The notes under the pieces are model-generated. The model was not told the origin of the DNA, did no database searches, and saw only the letters and a list, made by a program, of their open reading frames with translations. A program made the translations under genes and the position numbers. Of a stretch of DNA of 64,000 nt, positions 1 through 8,857 are shown in pieces; positions within the stretch are counted from its first letter, which is position 1; each line of letters opens with the position of its first letter. The DNA comes from Armatimonadota bacterium (GTDB lineage Bacteria; Armatimonadota; UBA5829; DSUL01). Location: contig JBDHZC010000002.1 in NCBI GenBank assembly GCA_039811685.1, forward strand, positions 64,001 through 128,000, given 5' to 3'.

Positions 1-210
1 AACTATCCGGGCAGTGGGAACGGCCTTTTGCACCTCCGGGTCCGTCGGGCGGTCATCCACCATAGCCCATGTGTCAACCTGCTTCGGGAACTTCTCCACC
101 GGCAGGCGCTGGAGCGTGTCGGACTCCACCGGCGCAATGCCACGGTTGGCCGCCAGAGCCACCGTCGCCATGATCAGACAGACTACACTGAAAATCGCAG
201 GCTTCGACAT
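1..210 (-). CDS. Exosortase-associated EpsI-family protein (N-terminal part; runs off the window)
   Basis: Hand-translated from ATG at 210: MSKPAIFSVVCLIMATVALAANRGIAPVESDTLQRLPVEKFPKQVDTWAMVDDRPTDPEV..., open to base 1. N-terminal hydrophobic anchor and FPxQxxxW motif; overlaps the 3' end of the exosortase gene. Confidence 0.7.
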   Translation of the reverse strand, partial: MSKPAIFSVVCLIMATVALAANRGIAPVESDTLQRLPVEKFPKQVDTWAMVDDRPTDPEVQKAVPTARIV

Positions 211-1109
211 CCAACCGCCTTTCCAACAAGAATGAACAGACCAAAAGACACCACCAGCACCGACAGCTCCGCCCAATCGTGCGCCGCGTGCAGCGCATTC
301 TCACCCCACGTGGAGGCAATCCAGGTCAGGGCGCAGATGCGGATGACATTGGCGAAAAGCGCAATCGGGTAGGCCGAGGCCAGGAGCAACAGACGCTTAC
401 CGAGGCCGATCGGAAACATAAACCCGTAAAGCAGCGCAAAGGCTATGAGGGCTGTCAGCTTTTTGAACCCGCTACAAACCTCCGCGACCTCCACTGAGCA
501 TGTGGGCGTGTCGATGCGGTTGCCGGTCTGCACCAGCGGAAAGCCCATGGTCGTCATGGTGAACACGGCGCTGTCTGTGCTGGCGCGCTGAATCTGGGCG
601 CTGACCGGCAGCGAAATGGCATCCGGCAGCGGCGCGGCGAAGAAGAGAAACAGCACCGGAAAGGCCACCACTTTCAGCAGCGCGCGCCCGTGCAGCGCCA
701 GAATCACCCCAGCCAGCACGGGAATCAGCGAGAGCATAGGGAACCATTTGATGCCCAGCAGATAGCTGAACGTCTCCAGCGCCAGCCCGAAAAACAGAAG
801 CGCCAGCCCCCACGCACTCGGGGAAGGCTTTGCCTGCCTGATAGCGTCCCGCAGCACCCACAGCAGAAACAAAACGACCGGGAAGATGAAAACGCCGTGC
901 GCCTGTTTGTCATCCGTCACCCAGACGCGCGCGGCAGCGGCGACAACCGGCGCATACAAAACAACAAGGACGACGCTGAGCAGCCGGACCGGCCAGGGCG
1001 CCCGCCAGAAAGCTCCGGCGGCGGAAGCGATACTCTGAACTACAGACCCGCGGGACGGTCGGACGTCTGCGGGAGGAGCGTCTGCCGGCTGTAAGGTCGT
1101 CTGGCTCAT
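183..1109 (-). CDS. Exosortase (EpsH/Xrt family)
   Basis: Multi-TM protein with VAEVCSG (Cys), ANVIRI (Arg) and AHD (His) motifs; PEP-CTERM gene in the same locus. Confidence 0.92.
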   Translation of the reverse strand: MSQTTLQPADAPPADVRPSRGSVVQSIASAAGAFWRAPWPVRLLSVVLVVLYAPVVAAAARVWVTDDKQAHGVFIFPVVLFLLWVLRDAIRQAKPSPSAWGLALLFFGLALETFSYLLGIKWFPMLSLIPVLAGVILALHGRALLKVVAFPVLFLFFAAPLPDAISLPVSAQIQRASTDSAVFTMTTMGFPLVQTGNRIDTPTCSVEVAEVCSGFKKLTALIAFALLYGFMFPIGLGKRLLLLASAYPIALFANVIRICALTWIASTWGENALHAAHDWAELSVLVVSFGLFILVGKAVGCRSLRFSV

Positions 1110-2305
1110 CAGTACCTTCGGCCGCCGGTGAGAATCCGGAAGGTGTTGTCCAGGATGCTGATGCTGCTCAGGATGCCAAGCGCATCCTGCAGCTTGAACG
1201 CGCGCTTCTTCTCGCTCACAAACACGACATCTCCGGGGGCAAGCGCGGCATTCGCCGTGACATCGCCCTTCTTCAGAAAATTCTCGAGGTTGACAGTCTG
1301 GACGGCAGCGGTCTTTTCCGTCTTGTCAATCTTGATGAGATTCACATTGCGGTAGTCGGCATTCTGAGCGATGCCGCTTGCGTTCAGCGCGTCCAGAACC
1401 CGGTCTCCCGGCTTGAACGGATACCACCCGGGCTTTGCGACCGCGCCGAAAATATAGGTGCGGTTCTGAATCTCGGGCACCAGAATCCGGTCACCCGGCT
1501 CCAGCTTGATATTGGGCGTCATCTCACCACGGCGCAGGAGAGCTTCCAGGTCCAGAGGCTGTTCCTTACCGCCGCGCTCCAGAGTGGCCGCTGAGAGGTC
1601 TGCACTGTCACGCACGCCGCCAGCCGCCCCCAGCGCATCCAGCACTGTGATGTCGTCCCTATAGTCAAAAGAGCCCGGACGGTTGACCTCTCCAATCACG
1701 TTCACCTGTGTCCGGCGCTCGGGAATGTAGATAATGTCGCCTTCCTGCAGCACAACATCCCGATCCGTGCCCGGCAGAGTCTCCGGCTTGGTCAGGTCCA
1801 GCACCTTCTTGTCGCCATTGCGGTGGGTAAGGGTAACCTTCTGCAAATCCCCGTTGATAGCTGCGCCACCCGCCAGCGCAAGCGCCTCGGAGATGTGTAG
1901 CATAGGCCGAAACTCGACTTCGCCACCCTTGTTGGCAAAACCGTAAACCAGCACGCTGGCCTTGCGCCGCTGAGTCAACGCAACCGTCACCACCGGGTCT
2001 ACCACATACTTGTTCCACTCATCTGTCAGCAGCCTGGCAAGCTCCGTGGTCGTCTTGCCCTCAACGCTGATAGACCCGAGAAGCGGGACAGTGATCTTCC
2101 CGTCCGGCAGCACAACGGCCTGTGTGGAAAGGTTCGCGAAATTGGCCACGTTGATGGATACCGCATCGTCCGGCGCCAGGACGTAGGCGGCTGGCTCCGT
2201 CTGAACCGCAGAGGCGGGTTGAGGAGCGGTGTCTGTTGCGCAAATCCCGACGCACGGCAGAACCATTAGCGCCACAGGCGCAAACAGGGCGAGTCTAGCT
2301 TTCAT
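1109..2305 (-). CDS. Polysaccharide export protein (Wza-like, Poly_export plus SLBB repeats)
   Basis: YVLAPDD...PDGKITVPLLG domain and repeated GEVNRPG/GAVAKPG SLBB motifs; likely start ATG 2305 (MKARLALF, signal peptide). Confidence 0.9.
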   Translation of the reverse strand: MKARLALFAPVALMVLPCVGICATDTAPQPASAVQTEPAAYVLAPDDAVSINVANFANLSTQAVVLPDGKITVPLLGSISVEGKTTTELARLLTDEWNKYVVDPVVTVALTQRRKASVLVYGFANKGGEVEFRPMLHISEALALAGGAAINGDLQKVTLTHRNGDKKVLDLTKPETLPGTDRDVVLQEGDIIYIPERRTQVNVIGEVNRPGSFDYRDDITVLDALGAAGGVRDSADLSAATLERGGKEQPLDLEALLRRGEMTPNIKLEPGDRILVPEIQNRTYIFGAVAKPGWYPFKPGDRVLDALNASGIAQNADYRNVNLIKIDKTEKTAAVQTVNLENFLKKGDVTANAALAPGDVVFVSEKKRAFKLQDALGILSSISILDNTFRILTGGRRY

Positions 2306-4583
2306 GCGCGCTGCTCTCCTTTTCCGTGTCTTCAACCTGGTCAATGACCACGAGCTCACCGCGTCCATTGCGCTTGCGCGGGGCATACCCATAGTCCGCA
2401 TAGTACGAATAACCGTGACGGTGACTCTTCGGCAGGCGGTTCACAAAATACACCATGGACTTTGGCGCGGCCGCCGCCAGCGCCGCGACAGTGTCACGCA
2501 CAGCCGGCGCCTCTGAAATCCCCGCTCCTACTACGTGTAACACACAATCGGCGAATGGAGCAAGCAGCAGCGAATCTGCAACAACCGCGCAGGCGGGTGC
2601 GTCCAGAATGATAATCTCAGCCTCGCGCCGCAACTCCTCCACAAGCTCCTTCATCCGTGGGTGCGACAAAAGCTCGGACGGGTTGCGGTCCGGCGTGCCG
2701 CTGTGCAGAACACTCAGCTTTTCAATCCCGGAGGCCACCAGCGCATCGTCCAGCCCGGCCTTCCCCACCAGAACATCCGCCAGCCCAAGCTCCTCCGCCG
2801 TGCCAAACAGATCGTTCTGCGTCGGACGGCGCATGTCGGCGTCCACCAGGATGACTGACTTTCCAGCTCTGGCCAGAGACTTGGCCATCTGGTTTGCAGT
2901 GAGGGATTTTCCCTCTCCCGGGAGCGCACTGGTAACCAGGATGATCTGGCTTCCATGGGCGCTGCCGTTGAAAACCTCTGGAAGAGACAGAGCCAGATTA
3001 GCCCGCGCCAGGCTGTAGGCTTCGTTGGCCATTGTCCCGGACTCATCAGCCAGCAACTCCTGCAAATCCGCAGACGATAGCTGCGGCAAAGCCCCGACGA
3101 TCGTCCCGGGAGCCAGACGCCGCACATCCTCCACACTGCGGATTCGCCGGTCCGTCTGCTCCAGCAGCAGAATAGCCGCCAGCGAAAGCGCCACCCCGAT
3201 AACCGCGCCGAAAGCAAGGTCTCTGCCGTGGTTGGGCACAAACGGATCCTCCGGCGCAACCGCATACTGACTGATCTGGACATTCCCGCTAGCGGTGTCG
3301 CGCTCTATGCGCGCAGCATTCAAACCAGCCTGCAGAGACGTCAACAGCCCCGAAGCCAGGTCCTTGTCGCGAGCCAACTTCGCGTAGGCAAGGTTGGTGG
3401 CAGGCAGATCTTCTACAGATTTCTTCGCCGCGTCGCGCGCGCTGCGCGCCACCTTCACGCGTGCCCTCAGCGCACCCACAGCCAGTAGTTGATCTTTGTA
3501 CTGCTGGCTGAGCTGTCCCTGAGACTGAAGCGACGGGCGCTTGTTGTCGAGTGTGCTTTGCAGCGCTTTCTGCAAACGTCCGTTGACGTCGGCAATCCGG
3601 GCGTCAAGGTCTTTGAGGTTGCCTTCTCCCGGGTAGGCCGGGCGAAACTTCAATGCGGCATTGGCGCGCTGTATCTTCAGTGACTCAAGCTCCTGCTGCA
3701 GCGTCAACACCATACTGTCGTCGCGCACACCCGTGCCGCTCTGGATACTGCGGTTGGCTTCTCTCAGCCCAGCGCCGAGCCCGCGCAGACGCGACTCTTC
3801 AACAGTCAACTCCTGTTGAGCTTTCTGGAAAGACTCCTCCAGCCCGAGGTACTTCTGCAGGCTCGCGGTGGACTGGGTGTTCACATCCACCATATCGTGG
3901 CTTTTCTTGAAGGCGATTTCCTTCTGCTCAGCATCCGCAAGCTGATCCCGCGCCTTGCGCACGCGATCTTCCAGAGTACTCACGTTTTCTTGAGAAGACT
4001 GACTGGAGATTACTTTCTTCCAGTCAACAAAAGCTTTACAGACCGCATCTGTCAGAAGGCGGGCGCGCTCTCTGGACGGGGCTTCCACCTGCACGGTGAT
4101 GATGTTCGTATTCTCAGAGGAGGAGACCTGAATGTCTTCCTGCAGCTTCCAGGGGTCAAGTCCGGCAGCGACATCCTCCGGCACATCGCCTTTCAGAGCC
4201 TGGTTGCGCAGCCACTCCAGCGTGCGCCGGGCGGCCTCATAGCTCTGGAGCATACCAACCTGCGTGCTGACAGACTCCACCATATCTCGGCCGGAAGCAG
4301 ACTGCTGGGCGCTTCCTGGCACAGGCGCTGTCCGCTGCACCAGAATAAGCTGCCCGATCCCGCGCCACCTGGGGGATGTGTTGTACGAAATCAGCGCGGC
4401 CGTTCCAAGTGAAACTGCCAGAATAAGCGCGACTATCCAGAGTCGCCGCCAGAGGACGCCGAAGACTTCCCGGACGGTGACTGGCGTGTCCAGACTGGTA
4501 TCGAAGGGAGTTTCCATAATCAGGGCAATATCAGGCCGGCCAGCACCGTGCGGGCCCGAACCTCCGCGCATATTGTTCCACAC
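2295..4583 (-). CDS. Polysaccharide co-polymerase/tyrosine autokinase (Wzc/GumC-CapB type)
   Basis: Two TM helices around a coiled coil, Walker A GEGKS, DADMRRP, C-terminal Tyr cluster GYSYYADYGY; exact start uncertain. Confidence 0.92.
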   Translation of the reverse strand: MWNNMRGGSGPHGAGRPDIALIMETPFDTSLDTPVTVREVFGVLWRRLWIVALILAVSLGTAALISYNTSPRWRGIGQLILVQRTAPVPGSAQQSASGRDMVESVSTQVGMLQSYEAARRTLEWLRNQALKGDVPEDVAAGLDPWKLQEDIQVSSSENTNIITVQVEAPSRERARLLTDAVCKAFVDWKKVISSQSSQENVSTLEDRVRKARDQLADAEQKEIAFKKSHDMVDVNTQSTASLQKYLGLEESFQKAQQELTVEESRLRGLGAGLREANRSIQSGTGVRDDSMVLTLQQELESLKIQRANAALKFRPAYPGEGNLKDLDARIADVNGRLQKALQSTLDNKRPSLQSQGQLSQQYKDQLLAVGALRARVKVARSARDAAKKSVEDLPATNLAYAKLARDKDLASGLLTSLQAGLNAARIERDTASGNVQISQYAVAPEDPFVPNHGRDLAFGAVIGVALSLAAILLLEQTDRRIRSVEDVRRLAPGTIVGALPQLSSADLQELLADESGTMANEAYSLARANLALSLPEVFNGSAHGSQIILVTSALPGEGKSLTANQMAKSLARAGKSVILVDADMRRPTQNDLFGTAEELGLADVLVGKAGLDDALVASGIEKLSVLHSGTPDRNPSELLSHPRMKELVEELRREAEIIILDAPACAVVADSLLLAPFADCVLHVVGAGISEAPAVRDTVAALAAAAPKSMVYFVNRLPKSHRHGYSYYADYGYAPRKRNGRGELVVIDQVEDTEKESSAHES

Positions 4584-4753
4584 TCAACCAGCGCTGCAAT
4601 ATGCGGCAGACGCAGCGGCAAAAAGCAGGCGGCGCTACTCGCTCAGTGTCTGAATACGCAGAGAAACCGCAAAAGGTGCCGCTTTTCGCGCCAGACTCGG
4701 GCACTTTCTGAACTAAAGATGCATCTGCGACTGCTAACAGCTGCCGTACGAAA

Positions 4754-4793
4754 GCAGCCGCGTCCGTCACTGAAAGTGGCGGAACACGGCTGC
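4754..4793 (-). terminator. Stem-loop downstream of the PEP-CTERM gene (possible intrinsic terminator)
   Basis: GCAGCCG-CG-TCCGTCAC/TGAAA/GTGGCGGA-ACA-CGGCTGC inverted repeat, followed by a short TTT on the minus strand. Confidence 0.5.
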
Positions 4794-4850
4794 GAATAGA
4801 CTTTTCTCACAGACACCTGGTCTGGCGAAACTCTGGAACTGCACGTCCTC

Positions 4851-5684
4851 CTAGGCTGCCCGCGGGGAGCGAACCCTTACCCGGAACAGCCCCAGACCGC
4901 CCATTCCAACAAGCGCTCCAAGCTGGAAGAACGCGGGTTCGGGAACAGGGATCTGCGTTATTGTCACAGAAGTAGCGCCCTTGTAGACGAAGTCCTGAGC
5001 GTGAGCGTAGGCGGCTGTCCTCGGCGCCTGAATCCACTGGGTAAACGTGGAAGTCGGGCTTTGCCCCAACGCCTCAGTAATATAGGTCTGAACGCTCTTC
5101 GCTCCAAACACCCCGGCAGAACTCGTGAAATAACCAGACCCGAGACCATCACCACCGTCCGTGATGATGTCCCACATCGCCATCTGGACTGCTGCCGCAA
5201 CATCTACGCTGGTTTGTGCAGTAGTCAAATACGTGTCTGTCAGGTAGGCCACAGCCACAGAGCGGTCAAATGCCGAAAGGCTACCGCTCGGCTTGTAATC
5301 CGCGGGGATCAACGCCGAAGCCATACCCGCCCCGACGGGAGCGTTCGCCGGCCCGGATGAGTAGTAATAGTTGCCCGCGTAGGAATACAGGCCCGCTGCG
5401 GGGTCCGTCACCTGCCCGAGAAGCGCCAACGTCGTGTAGCTCTGGTTGAAGGTGATGGCGTGACGAACGTCCGTGCAGAACACATCCACGCCGAGTGAGC
5501 CGAGTGTCCCATTGTAGAGGCCCACATAGACAGTCTTGGATGATCCTTCAACGCTGATAGTGGCAGTCTTAGTACCACTCTTCACACTGTTGAATGTAAA
5601 GAGCTGCGTCTGATCGGCGTGCGAAGGCGCCGCAACCGCAGCCATAGCCGCGCCTAGAAGGGCGATCCCTGTTAGTTTGCTCAT
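4851..5684 (-). CDS. PEP-CTERM protein with a putative thioester (TED-like) domain
   Basis: ATG 5684 after GAGGAG RBS; signal peptide ending PSHA; C-terminal VPEPAFFQLGALVGMGGLGLFRVRVR; FCTD, VQMAMW and QDFV motifs. Confidence 0.88.
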   Translation of the reverse strand: MSKLTGIALLGAAMAAVAAPSHADQTQLFTFNSVKSGTKTATISVEGSSKTVYVGLYNGTLGSLGVDVFCTDVRHAITFNQSYTTLALLGQVTDPAAGLYSYAGNYYYSSGPANAPVGAGMASALIPADYKPSGSLSAFDRSVAVAYLTDTYLTTAQTSVDVAAAVQMAMWDIITDGGDGLGSGYFTSSAGVFGAKSVQTYITEALGQSPTSTFTQWIQAPRTAAYAHAQDFVYKGATSVTITQIPVPEPAFFQLGALVGMGGLGLFRVRVRSPRAA

Positions 5685-5834
5685 TTGTATTCTCCTCACC
5701 CCCTTGCGACTCCAGTGAATGCGAGGTCGCAGGGGAAGAACTTTGACCAATCCGCGTGGATTGGCCACCTTCCTGGCGGTTTGCTATGGCGCGAGCGTTG
5801 CGCCTGTCCTGAGTCCGCCTCTCAAGACAAAACC

Positions 5835-6872
5835 TTATTTAACCTTGACTGCCTCAGCGTAGTTGGGCCAGAAGGCCTGAACTTTGGCATTCTTCTGAAA
5901 CTCAGAAAAAGCCGTCTGCCTCTTCTTGATGTTGGCGTTCCCACCCTTGAGCAGAGCCGCGCCTGTCAGACAGTCATCTTTCACATCCGCAAATGAGCGG
6001 GTTACGGCTGGTTTCTTATCCAGGCAGCGGATAATCCACCACGCGCCGACAATCTGCTTTGGCCCAACCTGCTCCCCAATTTTCATGGAGAATATCAGGT
6101 CCTCCAGACCGGGAATCTGGCTGGATCGTGACCGGCCGCGAAAAGTTGGCGGCAACACACCGTCGTTGGCTTTGCTGTTGTCCTGACTGTAGGTCTTCAC
6201 CACAGTCGGCCACGGGATATTACGGCTCAGATCTGCCTGCGCCTTCTTTGCCTCCGCTTCGGTCTTGGTCACGATGACGGCAATCTGCACAGACTCGGGC
6301 GTGTAAAACGCCGCGTTTGGATTCTTTTTGTCGATGTTTTTCTCGTAAAACGCTTTGACGTCGCTGTCTGAAACCTTGATACCGTTAGTCAAAACGTTCG
6401 CTTTGGCCATGCTGAGGCGCAAGTTCTCCTTGAAATCCCCCAGATTAAGCCCTCTTCTTGCTAAGATCTCCGCCAGTTTGGGCTCACTTTTTTGCTCTAT
6501 CTCCAGCCGCTTTTCCACTTCAGCATCGGTCGGAGACAGCCCCTGCTTTTCCGCGTACTGTGTCGCCAGCCGGTCTGCAACCATCGCTCGCATCACATCC
6601 TGGCCCGCCGTCTTCTGCAGCCGGTCAAAAAGCTGGTCCTTTGTTATCGGGCTGCCGTTGACGGTGACAACCACTTCCTGCGCCTTATAGCGCTGACGCA
6701 TCCCAAATACGCCTACGGCAACGCCCACCACCAGCGCCGCCACAACCCAGAGAACGGTTTTGCCAGAGCCTGTCCGCCTTACTGGCGCAGGAGTTTCAGC
6801 CTTTCGCGCTGGCGCCCTGCGCTCCTTGATTTCGCTGGAAGCTCCGGTGCCTGGTTGTTCAGTTATGCCCAC
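5835..6872 (-). CDS. Parvulin-type peptidyl-prolyl isomerase (SurA/PrsA/EpsD-like)
   Basis: N-terminal TM, VNGSPIT SurA-N-like segment, YSQD..SKANDG parvulin motif. Confidence 0.82.
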   Translation of the reverse strand: MGITEQPGTGASSEIKERRAPARKAETPAPVRRTGSGKTVLWVVAALVVGVAVGVFGMRQRYKAQEVVVTVNGSPITKDQLFDRLQKTAGQDVMRAMVADRLATQYAEKQGLSPTDAEVEKRLEIEQKSEPKLAEILARRGLNLGDFKENLRLSMAKANVLTNGIKVSDSDVKAFYEKNIDKKNPNAAFYTPESVQIAVIVTKTEAEAKKAQADLSRNIPWPTVVKTYSQDNSKANDGVLPPTFRGRSRSSQIPGLEDLIFSMKIGEQVGPKQIVGAWWIIRCLDKKPAVTRSFADVKDDCLTGAALLKGGNANIKKRQTAFSEFQKNAKVQAFWPNYAEAVKVK

Positions 6873-6958
6873 TAATAGAATCCTCGCTTGAGATCCACCC
6901 GCACAGTTGATCGCCGCATTGACAGCGTCTCTTGCGTCAAAATACGCGCAAAATCGCG

Positions 6959-7720
6959 CTAATAAGCGCCATCACCCTTCAAAACCGCCTTAATAGCCCT
7001 CAGAAAGATCGACGCATCCATCCTGAGTCCCCGGTGCTGAATATAGAGCAGGTCCAACTCCACCCACTCCTCAAACGTCAGCTTGGAGCGCCCGGAAACT
7101 TCTCTAAGACACAGCAGCCCCGGCTGTACGCTCAACCTCTGCCTGTGGTGTGGCTTGTACTGCTCCACTTCAGATGGAAGCTGCGGACGCGGCCCCACAA
7201 GACTCACATCCCCAAGAAGAACATTGATAAGCTGCGGCAGCTCATCCAGAGACGAACGCCTCAGCCAGCGGCCGGTCTTGGTGACGCGGGGATCGTCCCG
7301 CATTTTGAATATCGGGCCGGACGCCTCGTTCTTCGACTGCAACTGCTCCTGAATCTGCTCCGCATTGACGACCATGCTGCGGAACTTGTAAAACGTGAAT
7401 GGACGCCCATCCCTCCCCGCGCGTACTTGACGGTAGAAAATCGGGCCGCGATCTTCCATGTAGATAGACAGCCCAATTATGACGAACACGGGCGCAAGGA
7501 GGGCAAGAAGCAGCAGGACGACGACGATGTCCAGCGCTCGCTTGACAGTCAGATAGAGGCGACTTTCACGCGCAGCAGGCTGTGCGGCACAGCGCGCGCC
7601 GAAATCAATACCCATCTGCTCAAGAGTCGCGCGCCTTTCCCGGTCCAACTGCTCCCTCACCTGTGGCGCCGAAGCAGGGTCTGTGTAATCTGTGATCGCC
7701 ACAGCAAGACTCTTCGGCAT
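6959..7720 (-). CDS. Priming undecaprenyl-phosphate sugar transferase (Bac_transf)
   Basis: KRALD, KFRSM, DDPRVT, SLDELPQL and SLVGPRP motifs. Confidence 0.95.
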   Translation of the reverse strand: MPKSLAVAITDYTDPASAPQVREQLDRERRATLEQMGIDFGARCAAQPAARESRLYLTVKRALDIVVVLLLLALLAPVFVIIGLSIYMEDRGPIFYRQVRAGRDGRPFTFYKFRSMVVNAEQIQEQLQSKNEASGPIFKMRDDPRVTKTGRWLRRSSLDELPQLINVLLGDVSLVGPRPQLPSEVEQYKPHHRQRLSVQPGLLCLREVSGRSKLTFEEWVELDLLYIQHRGLRMDASIFLRAIKAVLKGDGAY

Positions 7721-8115
7721 CTATCCCTCGTCACCATTGATGTGTGACGGGGAGGCCAGCCCGATGTCCACAGACATAAGCGTCTGACAGGGGACTTCCT
7801 CTGGTTGTTCCGGTGACAGCTTTTTCACCACTCCTCTTCCAGGACAGGAACTCATCGGGGAGTTCCGAAACTATCAGTGGCACGGGCAGGGCAGAGTTGC
7901 CCCACAGGCAAATACCCATCTGAGCAAATACCAAATACTACCCGCTGTTCAGGCGGCGGCTAGAGTCCGTCAGCTTTCGCCGGCCGGACACGGCTGGTAC
8001 GCCACCCTTTTCTGCTATAGCCGACGCTGACAGACAGCCTAACCTGACAACTTCTCCCGGCTAGTGTATCGGGGATATGCGGCCGCGCGCAGCCACTCCC
8101 TGCCAAAGTAAGTAC

Positions 8116-8144
8116 AGCCTAACACGAGCGATTGCCGTTGTCAA
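8116..8144 (-). promoter_or_regulatory. Sigma70-type promoter of the EPS/exosortase operon
   Basis: Minus strand TTGACA (8144-8139), 17-nt spacer, TAGGCT (8121-8116), with an extended -10 TG. Confidence 0.65.
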
Positions 8145-8337
8145 CCTGATATTGCCGCGGGGTGAGGAGAGTCGGAGAGGACGAATGGGCCGGCACACTA
8201 CACAGATGTGCGGCAAAAAAGTCTTGTAAGGTATTCGCGCCGAGGGCTAAAGCGAAGGCTAGATGTGAAAGAGGCCGGCGGCCGCCGATGAAAGAAGTCC
8301 ACCGGCGACACGCGGAGAACAGCCAGAAAAGTAGCCT

Positions 8338-8661
8338 CTAGACGAGGTTGTCCACCTTGGCGGAAATCGTCTGCTTGCTGACGGATCCGATGATCTGATC
8401 CTTGACCTCACCGCCCTTGAAGAACAGAAGTGTAGGGATGCTCTGGATGCGATACTTGATTGCCAGAGCGCGCTCGTTGTCCACATCCACCTTCAGAACC
8501 TTCAGCTTGCCGTCGTATTCTTTGGCGATCTCATCCACGATGGGGGCAACCTGACGGCACGGTCCGCACCATGTCGCCCAGAAGTCCACCAGGACAGGTT
8601 GCTGAGAGTTGATCACTTCCTGCTCAAAGCTGGATTCCGTTACTGCTGCTGCGTTGGACAT
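8338..8661 (-). CDS. trxA: Thioredoxin
   Basis: WCGPC active site, 107 aa, AGGAAAG RBS. Confidence 0.97.
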   Translation of the reverse strand: MSNAAAVTESSFEQEVINSQQPVLVDFWATWCGPCRQVAPIVDEIAKEYDGKLKVLKVDVDNERALAIKYRIQSIPTLLFFKGGEVKDQIIGSVSKQTISAKVDNLV

Positions 8662-8857
8662 TAATGACTTTCCTTTCCGAATACGGATGCTGAGCCGATT
8701 ATAGTAAAACTGAAGTCATGCGGCTACGCGTAGACCGCCCCTGATATGTGCGGGGCCAGGGGGCATCCGTTTTTGTGAACGGCGTGACGCGCAAAGGAGT
8801 TCCTGAGCAGACTTCAACATCGCTGCCATCTGCCGCTGCGCTTCGTACCAGCGCGGG

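Noticed and set aside
5787..5801. Sigma54-like TGGCGCG-N4-TTGC near the PEP-CTERM gene
   Set aside because: It lies on the + strand, facing away from the minus-strand gene; the reverse reading is only a weak match
6932..7747. 271-aa + strand ORF, and similar long antisense ORFs (17232-18245, 23724-24587, 25447-26424, 62364-63104)
   Set aside because: Antisense shadows of well-supported genes in GC-rich DNA; no recognisable motifs
7731..7934. 67-aa minus-strand ORF inside the EPS leader
   Set aside because: TTG start, no RBS, no protein-like features; cannot be supported as a leader peptide
8026..8047. TCAGGTTAGGCT resembling half a DtxR/IdeR box
   Set aside because: Second half of the palindrome is absent, and the sequence is part of the predicted RNA stem
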